A DNA stretch of 64,000 nt, from contig JBCCYL010000005.1 of the NCBI GenBank assembly GCA_039189765.1, positions 102,800 to 166,799 on the forward strand, read 5' to 3'. Source of the DNA: Cyanobacteria bacterium P01_F01_bin.150. GTDB lineage: Bacteria > Cyanobacteriota > Cyanobacteriia > CAKZMO01. Both the position numbers and the translations under genes were made by a program. Position 1 is the first letter of the stretch, and each line of letters opens with the position of its first letter. The notes beneath the pieces were generated by a model. That model was not told where the DNA came from. It did no database searches and worked only from the letters and a program-made list of their open reading frames with translations. Shown in pieces: positions 9,509 to 17,878 of this stretch.

Positions 9509-9661
9509 ATGGTCGATTTTGAATGTTTGGAACAGTGGGCTGATTATTTGATTGAGCATCCGTTAGTGTTAGAAAAGGTGTGTGATCGCATCTATGAACT
9601 TATGCTTGAAGAGATTTGGAATGACCAAGAGCGATCGGGTAATTGGCCACATAGATTCTAA
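9509..9661 (+). CDS. Small (50 aa) CIS-associated helical protein
   Basis: Below the ORF-track cutoff. MVDFECLEQWADYLIEHPLVLEKVCDRIYELMLEEIWNDQERSGNWPHRF; ends 9 nt before tube 3. Confidence 0.65.
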   Translation: MVDFECLEQWADYLIEHPLVLEKVCDRIYELMLEEIWNDQERSGNWPHRF

Positions 9662-9670
9662 TTAAACGTA

Positions 9671-10237
9671 ATGTCACAAAATTCCCAAAGTTCACAAAAC
9701 TCTAATAACTCAGCGCCGATAAGAGGCGAAAACTATGTTTCGACTAATCGATTTTATGTCGAAATGGAAACAGAAGATGAGGATAAGGTAGGCGCTTCTT
9801 TTAGTGAATGTTCTAGCATTGGTATGAGTATTGAAACCCAGACCCATATGGAAGGAGGGGTTAATGACCAGGTACGATTTATGTTAGGGACCCCTAAATT
9901 TGAGGCCGTTACGCTGAAGCGAGGAATTACAAACGATTTAAGGTTTTGGGAGTGGCTTAAAAATATTTTAGATCCCAATAAAAAAGTAGAGCGTCGCAAT
10001 ATCAATATTTTTGTTTTTAATCAGGCGGGCCAAATAATGCAGAGCTGGTCACTGTTGGGTGCAGTACCCACTGGCTGGAAAACACCGGCTCTCCAAGCAT
10101 CGCAAAATGAGATTGCGGTTGAAGAATTAACGCTGCATTATGAAGGGCTGAGTGTAAGTGATAAAAAAGAAGATAGTGCTCAAGTGAAGCTGGACGGTCG
10201 AGATAGCCTGGGCTATTTTGCTGCTGGTTCTCGTTAG
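9671..10237 (+). CDS. Tail tube protein (gp19-like) 3, Afp5/Cis5-like position
   Basis: NRFYVE, ASFSECS, EGGVND, VTLKRGIT, FWEW, RRNINIFVFNQAG, GAVPTGWKTPAL, VEELTLHYEGL. Confidence 0.92.
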   Translation: MSQNSQSSQNSNNSAPIRGENYVSTNRFYVEMETEDEDKVGASFSECSSIGMSIETQTHMEGGVNDQVRFMLGTPKFEAVTLKRGITNDLRFWEWLKNILDPNKKVERRNINIFVFNQAGQIMQSWSLLGAVPTGWKTPALQASQNEIAVEELTLHYEGLSVSDKKEDSAQVKLDGRDSLGYFAAGSR

Positions 10238-10340
10238 CCTTTTTATTATGTAGGCGCTTATTGCGTAAGCGATTATTGTGTAGGCAATAAATCTGTTGGC
10301 CATGACTATCCTGTTCTGAGATTTACTCTAAGAGTTTGTT

Positions 10341-13300
10341 ATGACGCTCCCTGAATCCGCTCTTGGTTCCCAGTTAATCATCCCGTCATCAGCGATGATA
10401 GCCACACCCTTGGGTCTTCAGCGTCGGCCATTAGGGCTTCAGCGCCAGCCATTGGGTTCATTTACGCCTCCCAATCATTCAGCAATATCACCCCAAACAA
10501 CTCGGCGATCTGTTTATGGTGCGGATCGTCCGATGCCTTTTACTGCATTTCCCGCTGATTTCGCTTTCCCCACCGTTCAAGCTCGTTCACAAACCCCTTG
10601 TTTGGGACAGGTGATTCAATCTAGATTAACGGACCACCCGCTGTTGCGATCGCCCCAGCTTTTACAACGAGTCCCATCGCAAGCATTAACTCAGGAACTA
10701 ACACCAGAGCCATCGCCAGGTTTGCAGTCCTGCTCCCTACCCTTGTCTCGTTTTACGCTGCCTCCTGGATTTACGTTGCCGTCTCCCAGCGTTATCAATC
10801 CCAAAAACGACGGGTCAGATGCGGTACCTGCGCAGCGCAGGCAGGTCAACGATCCTCCTTTAATTAACCGAGCTATTGAGCCGTCTGGTGTTGAGTCGGC
10901 AGAGATTCAGCTTCCAGAGATTCAACCGCGAGAAATCGCTCCAACAGAAATTGCTCCAACAGATATCCATCCAGCCCCTAATGCTCCTACGCTTCAACCC
11001 GCAGAGCAGAATAGTCCTGATAATCCAGAAGGGCAACAAGTACCACGATCGGGCCAACCAGCACCTCAGCCTTTCACCCGTCCGTCACCAACTCCAACAT
11101 CCCCATCCGTAACCTCATTAGTAGCCCCACCCGCACCTCCACCGGTAACAGCAACGCCGACTAATCCATCGATCCAACCGTCCAGTCTCCAATCCCCAGC
11201 CTTTAATCCACCACTGCCATCTCCCCAGTCCCCATCGCCATCTCCCCAGTCTCCATCACCATTTCCTCAATCGCCATCGCCTCAGACCTTATCACCATCC
11301 CCTCAATCTCCCATTTCTCCAACGTCTCAGCTTCCTGGGCCACAGCGTCAAGTGCCTACTGGACCTTTTCCTGTAATGCCAAAGTTAGAGGATACAGAAA
11401 CTGCGGATAGGAAGACTGATTTAAGCAATTTAAATGTGGAAAAAGGGGCGATCGCCAACCCCCTTCAAGCTCCTAACATTACCCCTACGCAGCAAAAGGG
11501 TCCAAACACAATAAACCCAAGCTTAGACCTGCCAGCCCTACCGGATATTAGTCCCAGCATTGAACCCACGATCGTTTCACCTCAAGTTTTTAATCCTAAA
11601 ATCTTTAATCCTAAAATAGCCTTTCCCTCGGGCCTGGAAGAGAATGGGAGTAAGCCATTAATGCCTGTTCCCACACCAATAACAGAATCCTCCTCCTTTG
11701 TATCTGAAGATATATCCCCAGCCGTATCTGAAGATATATCTCCAGATATCAATAGCGCTGATTTAAGCCTATTGAGTGGGCCAGATCCCAGGGTTCTTAA
11801 AGAACCCTGGGATCTAAATCCGCTTAATATCAGGGATCTAAACAACGACGGTCTTCTGGTTCAGCGCACTCGAGAATCAACCTTTTCACCCCTTGAAGAG
11901 ATTGCCTTTGCTCCAGCGGAACCGATGGTGCAGCCGTTGTTATCACCGGACATAGCCAAACCTATCCCCTCTGATATTACTCGGACAGAACAACTTGATG
12001 ATTTAGACAGCGCTAATCTTCAGCCCAAACTCGACATACCGCTGACTGACAGTGATGCTCAAGAGGATGTGGCGCTTAAGCAAGAACGGCCCGATGCAAT
12101 TCATGATGTTACGTCGCCCTTGTTCTCTGATGCTCCTCAACCAGATCCTGCTTTATTGCAGCGTGCGCCTATTCCATCACCATCGACTCTGCCCTTCTCC
12201 CCCCTCGATTTACCTACGCCATCTAATTTAGACAATACCGTACAGCAGCGCCCCAACACCCTGCTGCCTAGAGACGGGACGATCGATGCCAGCATTGGTG
12301 AGTCATCCCTACCTCTGTTTACTCAACCTGTCCTGCAACCTAAAACACTCCCGTTTTTACCGCTTCAAGCGCCTCAAGGGAAACAGGCTGTACAACCTAA
12401 AGTAATTAACCCCAAAATTAACCCCAAAATTAACCCCACAGCTATTGCGCCCAACAAGATTGCACCCAAGACAATCAACCCCACAACTATTGCGCCCAAG
12501 ACGGATAATTTCAAAGCAATCAATCCTAAAACGAATACGCTGCCCTCAACGCTAAAGCCGCAACGCCTCCCCCGTCCGGATCTAAATCGTTCGGCTGAAC
12601 CGGTTGGCGATACGCCATCACCAGTAACTCAGCGTTCTAGTAAGACACACCTCCATCAACGTCAACAACCCCTTGCACCTCTGGGACAATGGCAGTCTCT
12701 TCACATATGGCAAGAACAGCTCATCAATAAGCGTTCTTTGGACCAACCCCAAAATCCTACATCTGATGTTAGTCTGCCTCGGTATGGTCCATATCGCCCA
12801 TCTATTCAACCCCAAACCATAGACCAACCCCAGACCACAGGCCAACCTCAAATAACAGGCCAGCCCCAAGCACTCCGGCAATCTCCTCCTGAACCAGCGA
12901 TCGCGCCACCGCTCCCCCCTACTTCTATAGACGATGCAATAGAGACATTTACTCCAGAGACGTCGGATTCTCCAGATGCCACAACTGTTCAACCAAGAAC
13001 AATTTCTCCCCAGCATCTTGCTCCCCAGTCTCTTACTCCCCCATCGCCACTCCCCGATGTAACACCAACCGATACGCCTTCACCTGAGATAACACCAGCC
13101 GATATAACACCAGCCGATATAACGCCCAATACAACACCCGTTGATATCGCTCCCAAAAACTGGTCCAGTATTGAAGACTTATTAGCGCAACAGCCTCCAG
13201 CAGTTCAAGCGAAAGAAGCCTGGGAATCTCAATTTCCGTTGCTGTCTCCAAGCTCCGATAGGCAATCCCCTCAGACCCCAAAGACTCAGGTTGATAGTAG

Positions 13301-13790
13301 TGCCCCAGAGATGATCTCGGCAAAATTAGACCTTAATGCTCTTCTCTCAGAGACCCTAAGTGATGATGCCTCCGATCTAGATGTGCTAGAGACAGCAATA
13401 CCAGACTCTCCAATGTTGAGGGACTCCAGTGATTTACCCCCCGAAATTCCCTCAGAACCGCTGGCAGAGGTAGTACCATCGCCATCATCTATGATAAATG
13501 GCGATCCCGATCAAGATACCTTAGAACTATTAGCCCATACGCTTTATCAAACCGTGCGATCGCGCCTCAGCTCCAGCCAAGCACACCATCATCGACCACT
13601 CTATGATCCACTCCCATGGACCTCCGCCATCCATTTACCATCATCCAAAGCTCAGTCCAGAAACACCCAAAAGCCACGGGCATCTCCTCCTTGTCCCTAT
13701 TCTCGGAAAGTAGAAGATCTGTTGTGGTACGTCCACGATAATCTCACCCATCGGCTAAGACGCGATCGCGATCGCCACGGTTCAGACTAA
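10341..13790 (+). CDS. Large Pro/Ser/Gln-rich low-complexity CIS-associated protein
   Basis: 1149-aa open frame between tube 3 and the tube initiator. Mostly disordered composition, with WSSIEDLL and two C-terminal helices (LELLAHTLYQTVRSRL; LLWYVHDNLTHRLRRDRDR). Confidence 0.7.
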   Translation: MTLPESALGSQLIIPSSAMIATPLGLQRRPLGLQRQPLGSFTPPNHSAISPQTTRRSVYGADRPMPFTAFPADFAFPTVQARSQTPCLGQVIQSRLTDHPLLRSPQLLQRVPSQALTQELTPEPSPGLQSCSLPLSRFTLPPGFTLPSPSVINPKNDGSDAVPAQRRQVNDPPLINRAIEPSGVESAEIQLPEIQPREIAPTEIAPTDIHPAPNAPTLQPAEQNSPDNPEGQQVPRSGQPAPQPFTRPSPTPTSPSVTSLVAPPAPPPVTATPTNPSIQPSSLQSPAFNPPLPSPQSPSPSPQSPSPFPQSPSPQTLSPSPQSPISPTSQLPGPQRQVPTGPFPVMPKLEDTETADRKTDLSNLNVEKGAIANPLQAPNITPTQQKGPNTINPSLDLPALPDISPSIEPTIVSPQVFNPKIFNPKIAFPSGLEENGSKPLMPVPTPITESSSFVSEDISPAVSEDISPDINSADLSLLSGPDPRVLKEPWDLNPLNIRDLNNDGLLVQRTRESTFSPLEEIAFAPAEPMVQPLLSPDIAKPIPSDITRTEQLDDLDSANLQPKLDIPLTDSDAQEDVALKQERPDAIHDVTSPLFSDAPQPDPALLQRAPIPSPSTLPFSPLDLPTPSNLDNTVQQRPNTLLPRDGTIDASIGESSLPLFTQPVLQPKTLPFLPLQAPQGKQAVQPKVINPKINPKINPTAIAPNKIAPKTINPTTIAPKTDNFKAINPKTNTLPSTLKPQRLPRPDLNRSAEPVGDTPSPVTQRSSKTHLHQRQQPLAPLGQWQSLHIWQEQLINKRSLDQPQNPTSDVSLPRYGPYRPSIQPQTIDQPQTTGQPQITGQPQALRQSPPEPAIAPPLPPTSIDDAIETFTPETSDSPDATTVQPRTISPQHLAPQSLTPPSPLPDVTPTDTPSPEITPADITPADITPNTTPVDIAPKNWSSIEDLLAQQPPAVQAKEAWESQFPLLSPSSDRQSPQTPKTQVDSSAPEMISAKLDLNALLSETLSDDASDLDVLETAIPDSPMLRDSSDLPPEIPSEPLAEVVPSPSSMINGDPDQDTLELLAHTLYQTVRSRLSSSQAHHHRPLYDPLPWTSAIHLPSSKAQSRNTQKPRASPPCPYSRKVEDLLWYVHDNLTHRLRRDRDRHGSD
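11783..11815. repeat. 33-bp palindrome (same arms as 1066-1098) inside a CDS
   Basis: AGATCCCAGGGTTCT-TAA-AGAACCCTGGGATCT, translated within PDPRVLKEPWDL. Confidence 0.9.
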
Positions 13791-13840
13791 TCTTTTTTCA
13801 GTCAATATTGCCTTTAGTTTCAAATACTCTGATTACCATC

Positions 13841-14479
13841 ATGCAATTAACTAAAGCCTATCTCCATGCCCTAGATCCTAAAATTCCCCATATCCATTTT
13901 ATGTTTAACCCTACTGATCTATCTTTTACTCAAGAGGTGGCATCAGAGGAAAATACTGGAGCAAGAGCGAAAGAAACAGGTGCACCTAAAACAAATTTCT
14001 CCCATTTAAAGCCGCGAACTTTAACAATTAGCAAAATTTTATTTGATACCTATGAAGAAAAAACTGATGTTCAAATATATATTCGCCCTTTTTTATGTGC
14101 AGTAGAATTTGTCTCTTATATTCAACAAATTGGTGATATCTCCAAACTATATAATCAACTACCTGAGGGTCTTCGTAAGCAAGTGAGTGCTTCTTTTTCC
14201 TCTGAGTTTACGACAAGCACAAAGACAAGCAAGGACGATGAGAAAAAACAGCAAAGAACTCCAATTTATCGCTTTATCTGGGGCAATCAAGAACATTACT
14301 TACCTTACTGTACGGTCGATAGCCTATCTTATAAACTGACAAAATTTTTGCCTAACGGAACACCAGTACGAGCAGAAATCGATAGTTTAACCTTGAAGGA
14401 AACGAGTATCCGTCCTGGGATGAAAGAACAAGCTGACCGAGATTTAGACTCTCTCAAAAATCGTTTGGGAATCCAATAA
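13841..14479 (+). CDS. CIS tube initiator (Afp7/Cis7-like); no LysM domain recognisable
   Basis: LTKAYL, FMFNPTDLSF, LTISKILFDTYE, PIYRFIWG, SLSYKLTKFLPNGTPVRAEI..LTLKE. Confidence 0.85.
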   Translation: MQLTKAYLHALDPKIPHIHFMFNPTDLSFTQEVASEENTGARAKETGAPKTNFSHLKPRTLTISKILFDTYEEKTDVQIYIRPFLCAVEFVSYIQQIGDISKLYNQLPEGLRKQVSASFSSEFTTSTKTSKDDEKKQQRTPIYRFIWGNQEHYLPYCTVDSLSYKLTKFLPNGTPVRAEIDSLTLKETSIRPGMKEQADRDLDSLKNRLGIQ

Positions 14480-14503
14480 AATCAATCTTATTATTTAATC
14501 GCT

Positions 14504-16243
14504 ATGAGTGCCTCGAATAATCAATCTCAATCCCTGCCAGAACTGGAAATCGGTGGACAGTCTAATCCCGAAGAACTGATGGATGATCTATTGCAGGTCA
14601 TTGTAGAAGAGAGTATTCATCTGCCTGGTCGTTTTACCCTAGTTCTCCGAAACGATTACCAACCCACCGATCCTAATAAAGAAGTCTGGCAACATCAAGA
14701 CAGTGTAAAAATTGGGGAGACTGTAAAAATTGGATTTCTCTCTAGTTTAGAATCCGATGAACCCTCTGAAGATCCTTCTACTCAAAAAGAGGATGAAAAA
14801 AGCTATTTAATTGAGGGAGAAATTACGGCGATCGAGACCCATTTTAGCGATCGCACCCAAGCCCCAATTATTGTTAGAGGCTACGACCTTTCCCATCGTC
14901 TCCATCGTGGTCGCCATAACCGCTCCTTTCAGGATATGACCGACAGTGATATTGTCAAAAAGGTAATTAAAGATGCTGGGCTGGAAGAGGGAACCATTGA
15001 TGAAAGTGGGATTCCCCATGAATATGTGTTTCAAGAAAATCAAACAAATATGGCCTTTTTGCGCGATCGCGCCTCCCGCATTGGCTATGAGCTGTTTGTC
15101 CAAGACAACAAACTCAACTTTCGCAAGCCGAACAAAGACGAAACTCTCCAGCTAAAATGGCTACGGGAAATTAGCAACTTTCGGGTCCGGGTCACCAGTG
15201 CTGAACAGGTTAAAGAAGTGGAAGTTCGGGGCTGGGATTATAAAAGTAAACAGCCCATTGTTGCGAATGTTAGCTCAGAAAAAATCATCACCGATACCGA
15301 TAATAAACAGGGCAAGGATATTACTGGGGAGTTTGACGGTAAACCCTCAGAGCAAAAAATGATTGTGGTCGATCGGCCCATGTTTCAGCCCAAAGAAGCC
15401 GATCATATGGCCCAGGCTCTCTATGATGAGCTGTCGGGGCAATATGTCTATGCTGATGCCAAGGGAGAAGGGAACCCCAATATTCGCCCTGGTCGAGTGG
15501 TGGAATTGGAAGATATGGGACCCCATAGCGGTGAATATTACGTGACTGAGACGCGCCATGTGTACAGCGATCGCATCTACACCACTGAATTTAGCGTTCG
15601 GGGCTTACGCTGTGGCGATTTAATCTCGGCCTTGTCTCCGAAAACCCGTCCCCAGCCTGGACAAACAACCCTTGTTGGCATCGTCACCGACAATGAAGAC
15701 CCCGATAACCTTGGTCGAGTCAAGGTCAAATTTCCGACTCTTACCGAAGACCATAACAGCAACTGGGCCAGGGTCGTCAGCATGGGAGCCGGACCAGAAC
15801 GGGGTTTTGATTGTCTGCCTGAGATTGACGATGAAGTCCTGGTCACCTTTGAACACGGCGATATCCATCGCCCCTACATTATGGGCGGCGTTTGGAACGG
15901 TAATGATGCTCCTCCCAACGGTGCCGGAGATAACGTTCAAGGCAGCAAAGTCCGCCTACGCACGATTCAAACCCGTGTTGGCCATAAAATTCAGCTTGTT
16001 GACGAAGACAAAGGCGGAAGCAAAGCTGGAATTCTAATTGAAACGACGGGAGGCCACAAAATCTATTTAGACGACAGCAGCGGTAAGATTGAAATTCAGT
16101 CTACAGGAGATATCAAAGTTGGTGCTCCCGGAAAAATCGACCTTGATGCTGGGGGGGATGTCTCTATCAAAGCAGGGGCAAATATGAATCTTCAGGCCAC
16201 TGCTAATGTAACCGTCAATGGAGCTATGATTATGCTTAATTAG
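14504..16243 (+). CDS. VgrG-like spike/hub protein (gp27-gp5 OB fold)
   Basis: GEITAIE, VRGYD.SHRLHRG, YVFQENQTN..FLR.RA.RIG, EVEVRGWD, GIVTDNEDPDNLGRVKVKFP, WARV, LPEIDDEVLV.FEHGD..RPY. Confidence 0.93.
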   Translation: MSASNNQSQSLPELEIGGQSNPEELMDDLLQVIVEESIHLPGRFTLVLRNDYQPTDPNKEVWQHQDSVKIGETVKIGFLSSLESDEPSEDPSTQKEDEKSYLIEGEITAIETHFSDRTQAPIIVRGYDLSHRLHRGRHNRSFQDMTDSDIVKKVIKDAGLEEGTIDESGIPHEYVFQENQTNMAFLRDRASRIGYELFVQDNKLNFRKPNKDETLQLKWLREISNFRVRVTSAEQVKEVEVRGWDYKSKQPIVANVSSEKIITDTDNKQGKDITGEFDGKPSEQKMIVVDRPMFQPKEADHMAQALYDELSGQYVYADAKGEGNPNIRPGRVVELEDMGPHSGEYYVTETRHVYSDRIYTTEFSVRGLRCGDLISALSPKTRPQPGQTTLVGIVTDNEDPDNLGRVKVKFPTLTEDHNSNWARVVSMGAGPERGFDCLPEIDDEVLVTFEHGDIHRPYIMGGVWNGNDAPPNGAGDNVQGSKVRLRTIQTRVGHKIQLVDEDKGGSKAGILIETTGGHKIYLDDSSGKIEIQSTGDIKVGAPGKIDLDAGGDVSIKAGANMNLQATANVTVNGAMIMLN

Positions 16244-16251
16244 TCGCGCCA

Positions 16252-16333
16252 GTGGGGTGTATTAGCGTAATAACGTGAAGCGTAATGCAACCATTCATAA
16301 TCTGGACGCTGAATCGGTGGGTGACGCGATCGC
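16252..16333. repeat. REP-pair head of the HIP1-rich repeat family, between vgrG and PAAR
   Basis: GGGGTGTATTAGCGTAA..GCGTAATGCA...GAATCGGTGG.T.ACGCGATCGC matches 24488-24572. Confidence 0.7.
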
Positions 16334-16393
16334 AAATTTATTCAATTAGTGTGATAAGTCTAAAACGGTTTACTAAACGGGAAAAGACAAATT

Positions 16394-16894
16394 ATGGGAA
16401 TGCCAGCTGCGCGGGTCGGTGATTTAGTTACTCATATTGCTCCGCCTATATTAGGACCGGGGCCAGGAAGCTCAAACGTCCTAATCGGAGGAATGCCTGC
16501 ATGGCGTGCTTTACCCGCAGGGGCGGCAGCGGCTATGCCTCCTCCTACAACAGAGCCACCACCGGAGCCAGAGCTGACTGAAGAGGAGCAGGAAGAAGAA
16601 GATAAGTTGACCGAAGAGGAAAAAGAAGAACGAGATAAAGAGGCAGCGGCTGAGCAACAGGCGGAAGCAGAAGCGGCGATCGCCTCTATGGGTGGAGCCG
16701 CTGATATTCATATCTGTGCCCAACCCTCTCCCGTTCCCTTCTGTGTTGACGGCCCTGGCTTTGTGATTAAGGGCAGCTCCACTGTCATGATTAATGGACT
16801 ACCCGCCGCTCGGCAAGGGGATATTGTTCAAGAGGTTTTGGGTCCCCCCAACCCGATCGCGATGGGATGTCCAACAGTTTTGATTGGTGGGTAG
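16394..16894 (+). CDS. PAAR spike-tip protein with Pro/acidic insertion
   Basis: MGMPAARVGD...H, NVLIGGMPAWR, HIC...P, GSSTVMINGLPAARQGD, GCPTVLIGG. Confidence 0.92.
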   Translation: MGMPAARVGDLVTHIAPPILGPGPGSSNVLIGGMPAWRALPAGAAAAMPPPTTEPPPEPELTEEEQEEEDKLTEEEKEERDKEAAAEQQAEAEAAIASMGGAADIHICAQPSPVPFCVDGPGFVIKGSSTVMINGLPAARQGDIVQEVLGPPNPIAMGCPTVLIGG

Positions 16895-16958
16895 GATCTC
16901 AATAAAGCATAATTGTATTATTGGCATTTTGCTGAGTGCGCATACAGGAGAAACCACA

Positions 16959-17705
16959 ATGGCTTTTACTGCCCAGGATCTCGAACGTCAGATGCCGGAT
17001 GCAACTAAATTATTGAGTGATGAACCGGAGATGGAGAGTAGCCTGCATTATCTTCAACTGGCGCTGTTGGTTGCTTGTTTGGAGAGGTTATGGAGCGATC
17101 GCGACGACTTTTTTATTGGAGCCAATCTTACGGTCTATTTCAGCCGCCAACAGCTTAAAAATAGGGATTTTCGAGGTCCGGATTTCTTCCTCGTAAAAGA
17201 GACAACCCATAATCCGCGTAACTCCTGGGTTGTTTGGGAAGAAGACGGTCGCTATCCCAATCTGATTATTGAGTTGCTGTCAGACTCCACCGCAGATATT
17301 GATCGGGGTTTGAAGAAGACTTTGTATAGCGATCGCTTTGGCACCCATGAATACTTTTGGTTTTCTCCTGAGACTCTAGAATTTGAAGGTTACCGCCTTA
17401 GCGGCAAGCAGTATGCTCCTATTCCTACTAACGAACAAGGCTGGCGCTGGTCTGAAGAGTTAGGGCTTTATCTTGGCATCTATAATCGCCAGTTGCGTTA
17501 CTTCTCACCGGAGGGTGAATTAATACCGACGCCAGATGAAGCCGCAGATGTTGCGGTTCAACAAGCGGAACTTGAAGCCCAACGAGCTGGACTTGAAGCC
17601 CAACGAGCCGATCAAGAGCAACAACGGGCTGATCAGGAACGACGACGAGCCGATAAACTGGCAGCTCGTCTCCGTGACCTTGGAATTGACTTAGATGACG
17701 ATTAG
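16959..17705 (+). CDS. Uma2 family (DUF820) putative endonuclease
   Basis: EPEMESSLH, FRGPDFFLV, WVVWEEDGRYPNLIIELLS.ST...D...KK.LY, EYFWF; C-terminal coiled coil; AGGAG RBS before ATG 16959. Confidence 0.9.
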   Translation: MAFTAQDLERQMPDATKLLSDEPEMESSLHYLQLALLVACLERLWSDRDDFFIGANLTVYFSRQQLKNRDFRGPDFFLVKETTHNPRNSWVVWEEDGRYPNLIIELLSDSTADIDRGLKKTLYSDRFGTHEYFWFSPETLEFEGYRLSGKQYAPIPTNEQGWRWSEELGLYLGIYNRQLRYFSPEGELIPTPDEAADVAVQQAELEAQRAGLEAQRADQEQQRADQERRRADKLAARLRDLGIDLDDD

Positions 17706-17878
17706 GGTTCAGCCATTCATTCCATAAATGTATGCCTTTTCTGGTGGTCCTTTAGAGTGCCATTGCGTGTCTTGCCTCTACTATCCTCAAAAAGTGTTGT
17801 AACGTTTGCTGTTCTTTGCTAACTCCATCACCGAGAATCAAAGTATTTGCTAAATCTCTTAATGTAAGGTGCGATGTT

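Noticed and set aside
1251..16894. Prophage or T6SS
   Set aside because: No capsid, terminase, portal or integrase, and no TssJLM/TssK-type genes. DUF4255, the ATPase and DUF4157 point to an eCIS-type system.
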